A DNA stretch of 64,000 nt from Zootoca vivipara (GCF_963506605.1 NC_083288.1:40796001-40860000); one strand, 5' to 3'. Numbered from the stretch's first letter, positions 22,017 to 35,835 are shown. A program made the numbers and translations. The notes: a model not told the origin generated them from the sequence alone.

Positions 22017-22486
22017 CTAGTACTATGGGAGGCTGAGATCATCGTCATACACATAATATCTTCTATTATCATCCGGGGGGGGGGGGGGAGTCATTGGAAA
22101 ACATATTGAAATGCAAATGTTCAAAAACGTTGCCAACTTTCAAATGCAGGCTTACATTTCATTTTCACTCTTCAGAAATCGTTGAATCCAAAATGACAGC
22201 AGTTTAATAGTTTCCTCAGCTATTGGACAGACAGCCTAATGCAAAGGCTGTCCACCTTTTAGGCCTCAAGGTCACATTTGCAAATGTGTGTGTTGTGGGC
22301 ACCACAAATGCACTGGAACCAAGCAAAAGCTGCAGCCTATTATACTGACTACAAAAGAATGCTTCTTTTGAGCCTCATTTCAGTGGGTGGAGCGGGGGAA
22401 CTTGAAGGCATCCGAAAAGACATCTGTGTATACCTTGGTGACCCCTGACCTGTTGCCACTAAACCTATAATTGTCTAATAGAGTAA

Positions 22487-22488
<2 letters not shown>

Positions 22489-22565
<77 letters not shown>

Positions 22566-22566
22566 T
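22489..22566. repeat. (CT)n(GT)n microsatellite
   Basis: Direct reading. Confidence 0.95.
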
Positions 22567-22655
22567 AAGCAGTGGGAAATCCAGCTTTACTTTTTGTCAT
22601 GACTGGGGCCAGGGAGGGAAAGATGTATGTAGAACTGGACAAGTTTTTTCTTATA

Positions 22656-22895
22656 CAGTGGAACCTTGGATGTCGAATGGCTTAGTTGACGAACAAATCA
22701 GCCCCCGAACACCAAAAACCCAGAAGTAAGTGTTCCGGTTTCAAACGTTTTTCAAAAGCCATACGTCTGATGTGGCTGTCGGCTATTGTTTCTGGGGCGC
22801 CTGTACCAATCGGAAGCTGTGCCTTGGTTTTCCAACATTTCGGGAGTTGAACGGACTTCCGGAACGGATTAACTTCGAGAACCAAGGTTCCACTG
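22656..22895. mobile_element. Tigger-type MITE
   Basis: TIR CAGTGGAACCTTGG, TA TSD. Confidence 0.9.
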
Positions 22896-23459
22896 TACTA
22901 ATGGCTGGAGAAAGAGTAGTAAAATCAATGGGCCAGATTAGATCGATACCTATCTCCAATATGTCCCACATGCGCAGAGGAGAGATGGCTCTGGATAGAA
23001 TTGGGTAACCAACCATGCAGATTGACCCTATGTGTCTTGGATCTTGTGGGTTTACAGCATATGCAAATGAACCTCAGCATGGACATGTGCCAGGAGTATC
23101 AAAGACAGGGCAGGAAAACAGCTGCTCTTTTTTGCCCATTCATGTATATTAGTTGAGTTTGGGAAACACATTGTTCGATGTGGCATGAAATCTCTGGATG
23201 ATCCAGTCCTGCAGTTTTGGATCAGATAATGGAGGCCAGCAATATCTGGAAAGCCACAGGTTCCCCACCCCTGTATTGTGTGGCCTGGCAGGTACCTGAC
23301 AATGCCTTAATCTGAATTTTAATGTCCCAGGCAAGTGGCCAAATGAAATCTTTGGCTTAATGGGTTATATAGTGATCAGCCCTGCATTAATCCAAGGCAT
23401 GGGCAATGTCATGCTTCGTTACATTGATGAGCCTCTGCAAATAAATAATAGGTGAATTC

Positions 23460-23850
23460 TTTTCTTCTATTTGTATATAATTTTTATTAAATTTTCTGTT
23501 TTGCAATTTAAAATTCTCATTTTTACATCCTTAAAATATCAGTGGCTTCCCTTCTTCTCTTTCCATGGTTCATTTTACATATCATAAATCCCTGCATATT
23601 TTACAAAAACTAAACCATTCAGCATTCCATTATTACATCCACCCAGTGCTTTCTTTTCTAAAAAATAAATAAATGTTTAGGGATACTTTCATTTACCTAC
23701 TTGTATTGAAATACTGCCCCTCAATGAGGCCAAACGTAGATACCCCTGCGTCCCCCCCCCCCGCGAAAAAAGCACTGCATTCATCAAAACTTATTTACAG
23801 TGTTGAATTTATCTTAATGCTGCCAACGTTTCCAGCTGTACACAATTATT
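23460..23850 (-). mobile_element. L1 3' UTR fragment with a nested hAT-like MITE (~23644-23777)
   Basis: Reverse-complement similarity to 7420-7650; CAGTGCTTT...AAAGCACTG insert. Confidence 0.6.
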
Positions 23851-24023
23851 TCCCAAGAAACAATAGGCGGATTCTTACTACACTATACAGTACATACATT
23901 AACTGAGAACTTCGGGTAAGTGAGATTCAAGTTGCAATTCTGTTGTGAATCAGCTCCGTGGAACACCTGCTTTCAAAGATTTTTACAGCTGTTTAGTGCT
24001 CATGTGGAAATGGCAAGCCTGCC

Positions 24024-24464
24024 CTACATGAAATTGCTTTCTTCAAAATGGACAGGCCACCCCGATGCATCGCAACCTATGACAATGTGCCTTTGTCCCG
24101 TGTGGGCCCAGTAGCGGCACTGGCCCCGCAAAGTTCCCTGCAGCTTGCAGGTGGTGACAGATAACTGTGCCCTGCTGAGCCTCAGGGCCCGGCGGTAATG
24201 GGTCCCGCCACTGCTGCAGATGTCCTTCACGTCGCTCCTGGGCGCATGGACAAAGCTGTTGGTGTCTTTGCAAGGCCTCGTCATCCCCCGGCGCAGCATC
24301 ATGGCCCCACAGTAATCCTGCCCGGCCACATTGGTCCGGGGGAAGTCGTTGTGCTGCCTCAGGAACTTCTCGTGCCGAGGATTCTGCGAGGAGACGCGGC
24401 TTACGATCAGGCAGGAGGCCAACAGGAGCAGCAATAGCGCTTCGTTTCCTTTCAGGGAGGTCAT
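24024..24464 (-). CDS. RNase A superfamily / angiogenin-like ribonuclease (gene A), 146 aa
   Basis: Signal peptide; FLRQH, CKDTNSF, PVHF catalytic triad; 6 mature Cys; acceptor ctgcag at ~24489. Confidence 0.95.
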   Translation of the reverse strand: MTSLKGNEALLLLLLASCLIVSRVSSQNPRHEKFLRQHNDFPRTNVAGQDYCGAMMLRRGMTRPCKDTNSFVHAPRSDVKDICSSGGTHYRRALRLSRAQLSVTTCKLQGTLRGQCRYWAHTGQRHIVIGCDASGWPVHFEESNFM

Positions 24465-24895
24465 TGTCGCTGCTGGTTTCCGATGAACCTGCAGCCATCG
24501 AAAGGAAGCAGGTGAAATGTTTATTTCGCATCAATTTTTTTTTAAAAAAAATGGGTTGCAGTGTATCGTAAAAGAAATACGCATTGCAAATGAAGGTCAC
24601 ATTTTTTTAAAAAAAGCATTTAAAGAAGCGTGATTGACATGAAAACAAAACAGAAAAAATCGAAAAACTGAAGGTCCACATGGAGCTTTTTTCCTTGTGT
24701 TTTTCACTTGTTTTACTTGTTTTTTACTTGCATCGTTGGTGATGCAGTGAACAATACAAGTGGTTTTATTCGGGGGGGGGGCGCAGGGGTATGCATACCC
24801 CTAAACATTTTGTGAATCTTTGTACTTCTGTCCATTTACTGTATTTATCTTTCCTGATCTGAACTATAAAATGGTGATTTTCTTGAGTCAAAATG

Positions 24896-25246
24896 TAAAG
24901 GTAAAGGGACCCCTGACCATTAGGTCCAGTTGTGACCGACTCTGGGGTTGCGCGCTCATCTCGCATTATTGGCCAAGGGAGCCGGCGTACAGCTTCCAGG
25001 TCATGTGGCCAGCATGACAAAGCCACTTCTGGCGAACCAGAGCAGCACACGGAAACGGCATTTACCTTCCCGCTGTAGCGGTTCCTATTTATCTACTTGC
25101 ATTTTGACGTGCTTTCGAACTGCTAGGTTGGCAGGAGCTGGGACCGAGCAACGGGAGCTCACCCCGTCACAGGGATTCGAACCGCTGACCTTCTGATCAG
25201 CAAGCCCTAGGCTCAGTGGTTTAACCCGCAGCGCCACCTGGGTCCC
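24896..25246 (-). mobile_element. Sauria SINE
   Basis: Full head-to-tail copy, flanked by TGAGTCAAAATG direct repeats. Confidence 0.92.
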
Positions 25247-25809
25247 TATGAGTCAAAATGAGAGTACCCCTAAACATTTTTTAAAAGAAAAAAAGTACTG
25301 AACAATACCATAAGAAGTATTGTTTACCATCAAACACAGACCATTGGTCCATCTAGCTCAATGTTGTCCACACTGACTGGCAGCTGTTCTGAGGGGTTTA
25401 AGTCAAATGGTCACATCTAGCTGTAAAAGTACCAATGTGAGAGAGCTGCTTTGCCCCAGTTTTGAGACACCCACCACAAAAACAGGCTAGGTCAGTGCAG
25501 TTGACACTAGATGGCAACAGAGAACAAAAGATAACCTGTCATGGAGCAGAAACTGTGTATGAGAGAGATTGCGAGCGCCTTCAATTTCTGTTCAGGAATG
25601 TTTTTTAGGGCGCCCATATGCGAAAGAGGACAAAGTCTCTCATGCGTTTTAAGAGTTCTCTATCAAAGCAGGGTGTGTATCAGGCACAGCTTGGTGGCAG
25701 GGAAAAGCAAAGTCAAACACACTGGAATTCCCACTTTCTGAAAGGCACAAGAACTGTGTTTTCAACACGACACCAAGTGATCATCTTAAAGGTGCTCTTT
25801 TGGCAATTT

Positions 25810-25811
25810 CT

Positions 25812-25900
<89 letters not shown>

Positions 25901-26321
25901 TCTCCATGGACTAGAACAAACCTCATAGGTGGGTTTCATTGGCAAGAGTCAGCTCTGGGACATACCAGGTAATTTAAAAAAGAAAGAAAGAAGGGAAGGG
26001 AACAGTCCCTGAGAACAAAAGGATTTACCATTATTTATTTATTTGCCATTTTGTAACAGAAAAAGCACCGAACGTTGAAGGGGAAATAGCTTCTCTCGAA
26101 CAAGTAAAAAAACAAAACCAAACCCAGGTATTGTTACCATTGTAACAAGGAACTAGTCCCTCCGGGGTCTCACACATCCCTTACCCCTTTCCTCAGTTAG
26201 TCAGAGGCTCAGCAATAGAGATGTACTTTCTGGGTGATTCTGCTGTGCGAAAGGGAATCAGGGCTACACGAGACCCCCTTTCCTCTGAGGGACAGTCGTG
26301 GGTACATGCAACAGGGTGCCT

Positions 26322-26410
<89 letters not shown>
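25810..26410. repeat. Two compound (TC)n(AC)n microsatellites
   Basis: ~25815-25896 and ~26325-26408, both preceded by CTTATTC. Confidence 0.9.
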
Positions 26411-27190
26411 CACACAGTCACACCCTTCAGACCTTCTTGTGTGCCATGACTGCAAAGCACATACTGTTAGAATCTTTTCTTTCTTTTTTTCTTTTTAGTC
26501 TGGGGGGGGGGCACAGAGACTGGATATCCTGTGTAACGGGTGTTCAGTGATGGGAAGGACGGTCTCTGCTTCTAGTCAGTCAATATTCTTCACATTTACA
26601 AAGCTGAGAAAGGTGCTTTTGAGGCCAAATAACATACATGCAGCTGGAGGGAACCGAACTTTCCCACTCTCCCGTTCCTTACAGCCTAGTTGATACTGGA
26701 GCTGGGATGGGGGAGAAAGCAGTTGAGGCACTACTAAGCCAAAGGGAAGTGATGCTGGGAAGGGTCCCAGCTCACGTCCATGTTTATTTTTATTCCAAAC
26801 ACAAAATCTCTCCTCTCCATCTTCTGCCGTCACAAATGCGCACGAGGAAACCAACAGGGCTGCTGCCGCCTCACGTAGTTTGACCTGTAAATTGTCACTG
26901 CGAGGGCCCCTCCATTCGCCCTTTGTGGCAAGGAGAGCGAATCTGTGGCCCTTCAGATGTTGTGGACTGCAACTCCCATCATCCTGACCACTCAGTATGC
27001 TGGCTGGCACTGATGGGAGTTGGAGTCCAACAGTATCCGTAGGTTGGCAGCTCCCCCCCCCAGCCTACACAGTGTAAGTCTAGCTGGGGTTGCAACCAGT
27101 GTTTCCTTTGGCGAAAAACTCAGCCTCACTCCCTGACACAAGCTAAGGACCACAATTTTATCACCCAGAACGATTTCTGTGCCAACTTAC

Positions 27191-27312
27191 CTGATCTGCT
27201 CTGCCAGCACTACTCAGAAACGCTTCCAAATCACCCTGGGGGCCTTCGGAGCGGTGAATTCAGTTTCCTGCAGAGCTGAATATTTTCCCGTCATATCCCT
27301 GGGCTCTTTATA
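27191..27312 (-). promoter_or_regulatory. Putative TATA promoter and non-coding exon 1 of RNase gene A
   Basis: TATAAA at 27312-27307; GATCAG|GTAAGT donor at 27191; RNase A genes typically have a 5' non-coding exon. Confidence 0.6.
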
Positions 27313-28049
27313 CCCAGCCTCACCAGTTGCTGGTAAAAGGTTAGTACTGATCACATGCAACTGGATTGAACAGGCAGACAATGTGCGGATCACTGAGAGG
27401 GAGGGTAGGGATTAAGAAGAACAAATGGACTAAGGGTCAAGACACAGTTAACCTCATCGTGGTTTGAAGTCTCTCTCTGATAACCAGTAAACATAACACT
27501 ACTTGCTGAATCCTAGCTTCTGAATATTTCTCCTAGGTGTGTGAATCCTGCAAAAATCAATAAATTCACTTCTTGGTTGATTTAAACAATACTTTTACTG
27601 GGAATGGGGAAGAAATTTGATTCAATTCGCAATTCATCATCAACATACTTAATTCACACTTTCTGGAACATTCTGCCTATCGAAAAATGGCCAACCTTAA
27701 AATTCGCACTTCTGTGAATTTTTCAGTGTTGTTCTGCTGCCAGGTAATGTGTGCAAGAATGCATGTGCTGGAGTAAAGCGTGCTTATAAGTGCATATGTA
27801 AAAAAATAAAAATAAATCAATAAATGCGCATATGATTGAGAATCACATAAAACTGGCATTATAGAAGGGGGAATTGCTATGCAAAAAGAAAAGGTATGCA
27901 CTGGGCAAAATGGCATAAAACATGTATGTATGTATTAGGAGAAATTCACACGAAATGCTGATGAATTTCCATGGAGACTTTTAAAAAATGAAACTGCTGT
28001 GGAGGTGAATTTAAGATTGGATTTAAAAACGAGAACTGGAGAGAAAATG

Positions 28050-28820
28050 GTAATCTTCGCCATTTCATCACAGTCTATCCTCTTCGTTATCCATTCTTCC
28101 TTCATTGGAACTTTCTGTTCCTTCCATCTTTGGGCAAATATCATCCTTGCTACTGTGATTGCATACATAAATAATTTTTTAACATTTTTTGGCAAGTCTT
28201 CACCTGTTATTCCTAATAAAAAGGCCTCTGGTTTTTTAACAAAAATTATCTCTTTCAGCTTCTGCCTTCTGGAAGAAGGTACAGAGTTATGAAGACTAGG
28301 ACTAGCGGCCTGAGAAACAGTTTCTATCCAAATGCGATTTTGGTTTTAAATGCAATGTAAGGTAGTCTTTATGGGAGTATATTGTATTTAATTATGGGGT
28401 ACCAGAGTCTGTGGGGTGCTAATCAGGATGGGATAGCAGGCTTGTTGGTTTTGAATATCTGATGTAGAGTTTTTTTTCCAGTTTCGTTGTTCTGTATGGG
28501 ACAATGACAATAAATCTATCTTAAACATTTTTTTCAATTCGTTATAAATCATTTCCCAGAAGCCCACTGCCTTTTTACATGACCACCACATATGATAAAA
28601 TGTACCTACTTTATCTTTACACACATTAGATAAATTCTTATACATTTTAGCTAAATTTACTGGCATGCATCCTTTTCATATAATTTTCTTTTAAAGCACT
28701 ACGAGCCATAAATTTTAAGTCTTCATTCCGCAACTTCTTCCATGAATTGAGTGGTATATTGTAACCTACAGGTATATCCTTTGCCCAATGTATCAAAACT
28801 GCCTTCGCTTCTTCATCTGA
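28050..28820 (-). mobile_element. L1 ORF2 fragment with a nested Rex-Babar 3' end (+, ~28262-28520)
   Basis: GTFYHMWWSC...FWEMI and LFMYAITVARM...W remnants; insert LPSGRRYR...RNSFYP ending GACAATAAA. Confidence 0.7.
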
Positions 28821-29488
28821 AGTGAAGGCTAGAACTGTCAGTCATGTCCACTTATGGCACTGTTGGTGAGTTTTACAAAGCATACAGCACTTTCATGTTG
28901 GACCCGGCATGTCACCCACTGCATGCTGCTGGTTGCAATGCATGCATTTTCCTATGCATACGTACCCAGATTGAGTAACTGCAGTTCACCCTGACCTTCC
29001 AGCATGCACAGATTATATATGCATGCAGTAAAACGCTCACTCATCAAACATGCATATTAATTCTTTCGATGAACCATTTGTAGCTCTGAAACTGTTTAAT
29101 GTCAACAGGTCTTTTCTCCGAGAAGCACCACTTGAGGAATAAAAGATTTCAGGGCTTATAAATGGATTTGTGCCAAGCTGCAAGAGAGTCAAGGGTGATA
29201 ATTTTTTAACTGGGGCCCTCTTTCCAATATTATCACATTTATTAAGTATGTATATACAGTATATGGAGAGAGAGGGAGAGAGAAACCTTCCATGGAGCTG
29301 TACAAGACACACCTCCAAGATTAAAGTGGTCATGTGCAGACATCCTGGAAACTAAGACACCTCTATATTTCTTCATCTTGCAAGGGAGGAAGCTAAGCAG
29401 GATGAGGGTGGTGGCAGTGAAGAAACCTGTTAGTGACATGGAGCAAACATACATCAATGCTTTTTTTCTCCTGCAGTGGCAAAAAGAA

Positions 29489-29986
29489 GTACCTTGGTTC
29501 TCGAACGCCTTGCAACTCGAACGTTTGGCTCCCGAACACCACAAACCCGGAAGCAGGGCGGTAGCTAGGGAGTGGCGGGGTGGGCCCCCCTGCAAAATCG
29601 GCTTAAAAGGTGTCCATAAATATGTCTATAAATAAAAATATTGATTATTGCCTCATAAGAAAAGGTTTTAAATACAGGGTGAATTGAATGGGGGTAGGGT
29701 TGGAGGAGAGGCGGAAAGAAGAGCTAATTTGTCGGTGGCTAGGGGGCGCAATCTGGACAGTTCTGCTAGGGGCACAATATCACCTAACTACGGCTCCGCC
29801 CGGAAGTGAGTGTTGTGGTTTGCGAACGTTTTTGGGAAGCCGAACATCCTACACGGCTTCCATGGCTTCCGATTGACTGCAGGAAGCTCCTGCAGTCAAT
29901 CGGAACCTGCGCCTTGGTTTTTGAATGTTTTCAGAAGTCGAACGGACTTCCAGAACGGATTCCGTTTGAGAACCAAGGTACAACTG
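29489..29986. mobile_element. Tigger-type MITE interrupted by an hAT-type MITE (29554-29798)
   Basis: 8-bp TSD CCCGGAAG at 29546-29553 and 29799-29806; flanks match other Tigger MITEs. Confidence 0.75.
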
Positions 29987-30752
29987 TACCTCAATATTGT
30001 CCTCCCTGATTTTGGATAGATGTTGCCTTCTTACAAGGCACAACAGCTGCGTCCAACTCTACGACCCCCTATTCTCTACACTCCAACTGTATAATTATTA
30101 GAGGAACAGAACTCCACAAAACACAAAGGACGGTTCAGTTTCACAGAGAATTAGACTTCTGTTGAACTCTGAAGTGTAACTGCTGGATTTCTTCAGCAAC
30201 ATTCTGGACATTCTTAGCTGATCCTGCGCCTTGTCCTGAAATGGGAACACCATTGTCTCCTGAGTCAGTCAATATTTGGCCACTAATAAAGGAACAGCAA
30301 ACAGGAACAATCCATTGTAGGCAGGAGGACTTGCTGAATTGATCATAAGCTATTGTTCACCAGCCTTTCGGAGCCACACTCTTGCTTATCTCTTGCCCAA
30401 TCTCCCATTTCTTATCCCAGAGGTGATGGCTGGGGAAAACCCATCTAGATAAAGCCCAAAGCCTTTTCACTGCATCAGGTTTTATCCAGGCGGAACAGGT
30501 TGCAGCTGGCCTGCCTCACTAGGAGGGGCTGCCACATTTCCAGGAGTCACTTCAAAGAAACAAATGGACAATTAGTGTTTTTTAAAATCTCCCTCCAGTA
30601 CTCAGATTGGTCCAGCAGGGCTCTTATTACATTATGTTCCTTGCATTCATTTTAACCACTTTGGTGTTTTTCTTCCCTGTACTCATTTGGGGCTCTGATT
30701 CAGTTATGTTTTCGGTGTTTGGTTGATTTGGTCATTTCTGTTTTCTTTGGCA

Positions 30753-31200
30753 GAACAAACAAGACGGTTCGACCTTGGCAGATACGTTGCCCCACGAGAC
30801 ATGCCAACTGCTGCGTTGCAATTTCCTACCTCCCCTTTGGAAAACGTCTAGAAACATATCAATCATTTGGTCATTGGCTTGTTTCCAAACACCCCTACCA
30901 ACTTCTGTGGCCAAATGGAGGCCTCTCTTCTGGGGGGAAGATGTGCAAATGCTTGAGATTACAGGAGGTGACTTTCACAAGCCAATTTAGCTAGTTCAGA
31001 GTAATGGCACCATTGAACAAGTTTGCAATGGTCATCACTAAGAGGCACTTAAAAGGTGGTGAAACCATACCTCTTGATACTGGTGATCTGAGGGTAGAGA
31101 AACTGCTAAAAGAAAATTTATGTGGTGCAGACTGGATAACATCACAAAAGACCAGCCTCCAGAATCCATGTTTTCATAGGTTCCTGTGCATTCAGGCCTC
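30753..31200 (+). pseudogene. Heavily decayed RNase A-family pseudogene
   Basis: Acceptor tttggcag|AACAAAC, then collinear remnants across frames: KHI (30852), NFCGQM (30900), CK (30944), VTF, IEQVC (31012), C..VPVH (31169-31191). Confidence 0.55.
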
Positions 31201-32246
31201 ATCCTATTCCTGTTACTATAATTTGTTTTAACAACTTTCAATACTGAATTCTAAGTTGCTGCTTTTGAGCCTGTTAGGATGGTCCATGCTGCCTTCTAGC
31301 AGGTCACCTACTTAGTTCAGTATTGCCTTCTCTGACTTCCTCAGAGTCTTAGGCAGAGGCCATTCAAATCACCCCTGATAACTTTAAAAACAAAGCAAAA
31401 TCTGTAGATGCCTGGGACTGAACCAGTGGCATTATTGTGCTATTAGCAATGAGTTATAACTTGTTCTCCAAATTTACTACTCCCCAGGAACCAGAATCAA
31501 CACCTGACGTCCTTAGAAGAGAGGCGGGAGAAATTTGTCTCTTTCTTTGTATACAATCATACATCATTGTGCAACAAAATGGTAGACTGAAGCTTTTCAA
31601 AACTGGATTTGTTTGTTTGTATTCTTGAGCAATGCCAAGTATGAGGCTGCTGGTATATATCGCAAACACATTTAAACTCAGTAGTCAAACAAATACTATC
31701 CGCACACAAAAGGGGAGGTCTTGGGAAACCCCAAAGTTTACTAAGGTACCCAAGCAGAAGGACCCTAAGTTTTGAAGATCTTTAAAAAGTTCAAAGAGGG
31801 GTGGAGCAGGGCATGTGTAGCTGACTGGCACTTCACTGCAGCCTTTTGTTCCAAATAGCAACACAGTTCTACATATGCAAAGGAATATTTTATTACATTA
31901 AACTGCAAGAGAAGACCATTCAGTCACAGGTTCCAGTTCTTAGCCTTAATCTTTAGCGGGCGTTAAAACACACTTAGGCTTTAATGGGCTAACACCCTTA
32001 TCCTTTAACGGCTGTTAAAAAGCAAAGATAGGAAACTGCATTTATACTGCTTTATGACCACTAGATGGCATGCATTTTATTAAAATACAAAAGCAGGAGG
32101 AAAAGACTGGAGGGAAAGAAAACGGTAGCATTTGATAAGGCAAACTGCAGTTGAGATACACAAACAGAAATAGATTTTTTAAAATTCTACCCGATTCTAA
32201 AAAGGGATTTAAAACATTGCGATTCAACACAAGTAAGCAGAGACAT

Positions 32247-32678
32247 CTAAAGAGGCGTTTTGAAGTGAACCGGCACCCCGTTAGTGCAGCCCACCCGAAT
32301 GCGCTGGGAGGTGGACCTGCCTCTGTAGTTACAGGGGGGTCTCTGGGAGCCTCCCCCAACTATGCGGCAAGCAGTGATGTCAAAGGGTGTGTTGCTGTCA
32401 TAGTAATTCTCGCTGGAGTGGGTCCCCCCGTCACCGCAGATGGCATCCACAGCCATGGGGTCCCCATGGATGAAGGTGTTGGAAGGTTTGCAAACACTGT
32501 CAGTCATCCCCCGTCTCTGCATCATGAGGTTGCAATAGCGTCGGGCATCCAAGTCGCTTCTGGTCTTTGGGGAGTCCATGTGCTGCCGGTTGAATTTCTC
32601 GTGACGGGATTCCCTCTGGGTAAGCGCCGGCAAGACCATCAGGAATATCAGCAGCGAGCAAGCAGTCGTCTGAGCCAT
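32247..32678 (-). CDS. RNase A superfamily ribonuclease (gene B), reptile pancreatic-type, 143 aa
   Basis: accATGG start; FNRQH, CKPSNTF, PVHF; 6 mature Cys; resembles turtle/iguana RNases as recalled; AATAAA ~32076. Confidence 0.95.
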   Translation of the reverse strand: MAQTTACSLLIFLMVLPALTQRESRHEKFNRQHMDSPKTRSDLDARRYCNLMMQRRGMTDSVCKPSNTFIHGDPMAVDAICGDGGTHSSENYYDSNTPFDITACRIVGGGSQRPPCNYRGRSTSQRIRVGCTNGVPVHFKTPL

Positions 32679-32743
32679 GGTGTCAGCTGCACTTAGGAAT
32701 TGAGAAAGTGTAAGGTGATTTGCACACAAAACTAAATGATTTG

Positions 32744-33096
32744 GTAAAGGTAAAAGGACCCCTGACCATTAGGTCCAGTCGCGGACGACTCTGGGGTTGC
32801 GGCGCTCATCTCGCATTATTGGCCGAGGGAGCTGGCATACAGCTTCCGGGTCACGTGGCCAGCTTGACTAAGCCGCTTCTGGCGAACCAGAGCAGCACAC
32901 GGAAACGCCATTTACCTTCCGGCCGGAGCGGTACCTATTTATCTACTTGCACTTTGATGTGCTTTCGAACTGCTAGGTTGGCAGGAGCTGGGACTGAGCA
33001 ACAGGAGCTCACCCCGTTGTGGGGTTTCAAACCACCGACCTTCTGATTGGCAAGCCCTAGGCTCTGTGGTTTAACCCACAGCGCCACCCACGTCCC
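32744..33096 (-). mobile_element. Sauria SINE
   Basis: Full-length copy. Confidence 0.92.
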
Positions 33097-33104
33097 TATG
33101 CAGA

Positions 33105-33366
33105 ATGTAGGCACCCTATATATAGAAATGAGCAAACCAGTGATATTTTAGGGAGCAGGCTAGCAGGCGGGGCCCATTACTTACATCATAGGAGCCTACA
33201 CAACACAAAACACTGTTGCTGTATGTAGGTTTTATTTTATTTATTTTTTTATCTTATATTTTGGAAATGTACATCCAGTTGTTTTTTCCTTTAATTTTTT
33301 TGGGGCCCCCCAAGAGAGTGGGGCCCTGAACTATACCTTGTTCAGCTTATACGTAAATCCAGCACT
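33105..33366. mobile_element. Non-autonomous DNA transposon (hAT-like); related copy at ~34626-35141
   Basis: Shared GGAGCCTACACAACACAAAA...TACGTAAATCCAGCA block. Confidence 0.6.
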
Positions 33367-35181
33367 GTTCACATGCAGCAGAAGTCCCTAACTCACTGAG
33401 GGTTTGAGACCCACCTGGTTTAGCTGGCCAGTCAAAACTGTTCCGGGGTGTGGATGCTTTCGCATGCTGACAGCTTCTGGGAGCCACAGGTGAGAACTGA
33501 ATGCAGGGTGGGGACCAAAAGCAGCAGAAGAAGGAGTACAATGCATCCCTCACCAGAGATACTACCCCCTCCCCTAACACCCCATACACTTCAGAACATT
33601 TAATTATAGCAACTCATTTGAATGCTTGGGCCCTAATCCCCTCACTTTTTTCAACAGATCCTACCTGCTTTGCAGAGCAAAATGGTCCCCCTTCTGAGCT
33701 GTGTTTTTCCCTTCTCGAGATCTCGTTTTACTGAGATGGCGAAACAGATCAAGTTCCCAGAAAAACGGTTGTTGTTTTTTTAAATGGCATATTTTGCAAT
33801 CCTCTGGACTGTGTGGAAAAGTGGGAGGCTCTGTTGCAAAGCTGTTTTCGGCAAATTGGCTGGTTCTAGACCACTCGTTGCTTATTAACAAATGGATCTG
33901 GCTCATTTTAAAAAAACAATTAAATCAACATCATCATCTCACCCTTGAGAAGGTGTTGTGCTGCCAAAATGTGTCAGGGCCTCAGTGTTGACAAAGCCAG
34001 AATGGACAAGGCTGAAAACCGCACCCCACTGACGGCGGGAAGGGGGGGGGGAAGAGACTTTTGTTTCATGTTTCTAAGGAAAGAAAAGATGCAGAGCATC
34101 TGGAACTGATAATGTTTGGAAAGGAAAACATCGCTAGCTACTTTCTTCTGTTACACGTCAACCAAGCGAGGGGGAGCCAGGCAGGAGAAAATAACTGCTG
34201 CTGAGACTGAAGAAGATGACTGCGCTTTGGAGCTAAGGAAGAGCAGTTCAGATCAGCCTACTCTCTCTCTCTGAAAGGCAAATGCCACAGACCTTCTCTA
34301 TTTCCCCTCGCTGAAACCTGAATCTTGTGGCATGGGTCTGTGCTATTGATAGTCTTGTATTCTCTGCCTTATACTGAGTGAGGCCATTGGTTTGCCAGGA
34401 TCCAGGCAGGGGACATTCCCCCTTGAGATTTCAGGGATTGAACATAGGAATTTCTGTATGCAAAGCAGAGCCACTGCCAGTCAATGTAGACTGAGCTAGG
34501 TGGGCCTGACTCAGTATAAAACGCCTTCCATTGTTCCTTTAGCCTGATCTAGTTTGGCACTTAAGCTATCTTAAGTTAAGAATGTGCAAGGGTGACCAAT
34601 GACATCAACATGAGCATGTGCACTCAGGACCAGATTTAGGTTTGATGAGGCCCTAAGCTCCTGAAGGTAATGAGGCCCTTTATATGTCCAGCTGTCCTTT
34701 GTCAACAACAAATTGTTGCTGTTTTTTTGTGTTGAATATATGCTACATGGTAATTTATGGACCCAATAGATATCTAAAGCCATTTGCACATAACAAATAG
34801 GAGCCTACACAACACAAAATACTGTTGCTGTATGTAGGTTTTATTTTATTTTTATTTTTTTGTAGTTTTAATAATTATTTTTATTAAGGATTTTCTTGGG
34901 TTGGGTTACAAAGGTAGTGCAATGTCTCATATATATATTTTTCTCCCCATGTATCATTTTTACACATCAATTTTACTTGTTGAGACATTATAAGGAAGAG
35001 GTTTTATTTTATTTGTTTTGTTATCTTATATTTTGGAAATGTACATCCAAGCTTCTTTCCTTTAATTTTTTTTTGGGGGGGGGCCCAAGAGAGTGGGGCC
35101 CTAAGCCAAAGCTTGTTTAGCTAATACGTAAATCCAGCAATGTGTGCACTAATGAACTCTGATCAATGGTGATAATCTTAC

Positions 35182-35250
35182 CTGATCGCCTTCAGGTATT
35201 GCCACCAAGCACTTATTGTCACTGGTCCTCCTTCCAAATTATCTTCAACT
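35182..35250 (-). other. Putative non-coding exon 1 of RNase gene B
   Basis: GATCAG|GTAAGA donor, same context as gene A exon 1; 5' end uncertain. Confidence 0.45.
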
Positions 35251-35454
35251 CTCTGGGGAAGGGGGGGGGAGAGAGAACCCTTTCTTTGTTCAAGACAAAC
35301 CTTCTCTGTAAGTTTCACATGCTGCTGTGAATTATTAACTTATAGTTTTAGTAATTTATTAACTTGCTATAAAAGTTGAAATTATTCACATACACATTTT
35401 TCATTCCTTTATAATGGTGTGTGTGTGCTCCATGAGGCAATACCCCCTCTTTCC

Positions 35455-35835
35455 ATATCAACCTACCTGAACCCTGAGATCATCTTCTGAGGCCTTCCTT
35501 CATGTGCCTCCTCCTCGAGAGGTCCGGAGGGTGGCAACATGAGAATGGGGCCTTCTCTGCAGTGGCTCCCCGTCTGTGGAATGCTCTCCCCAGGGAGGTT
35601 CACCTGGTGCCTTCATTATACACCTTTAGGCGCCAGACAAAAACGTTCCTTTTTAACCAGGCCTTTGGCTGACCTGATCAACACCCTATACCCTTTAAAA
35701 TGTGGCTCTTTTGGGGTGGGGGCATTACTGGATTATTGTTTTTATTTTGTTTTTATATATTGTGATCCTTTTTGTCAACAGCCCTGAGACCTCTGGGTAT
35801 AGGGTGGTTGGTATATAAATTCAATAAATGAAATG
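35455..35835 (+). mobile_element. L2-like LINE 3' end (second family)
   Basis: LRSSSEALL..P...AFS..AP.LWN.LP remnant, A-rich tail. Confidence 0.65.

Noticed and set aside
25618-26550. ORFs with LSLS/HTHT/CVCV runs
   Set aside because: Translations of dinucleotide microsatellites.
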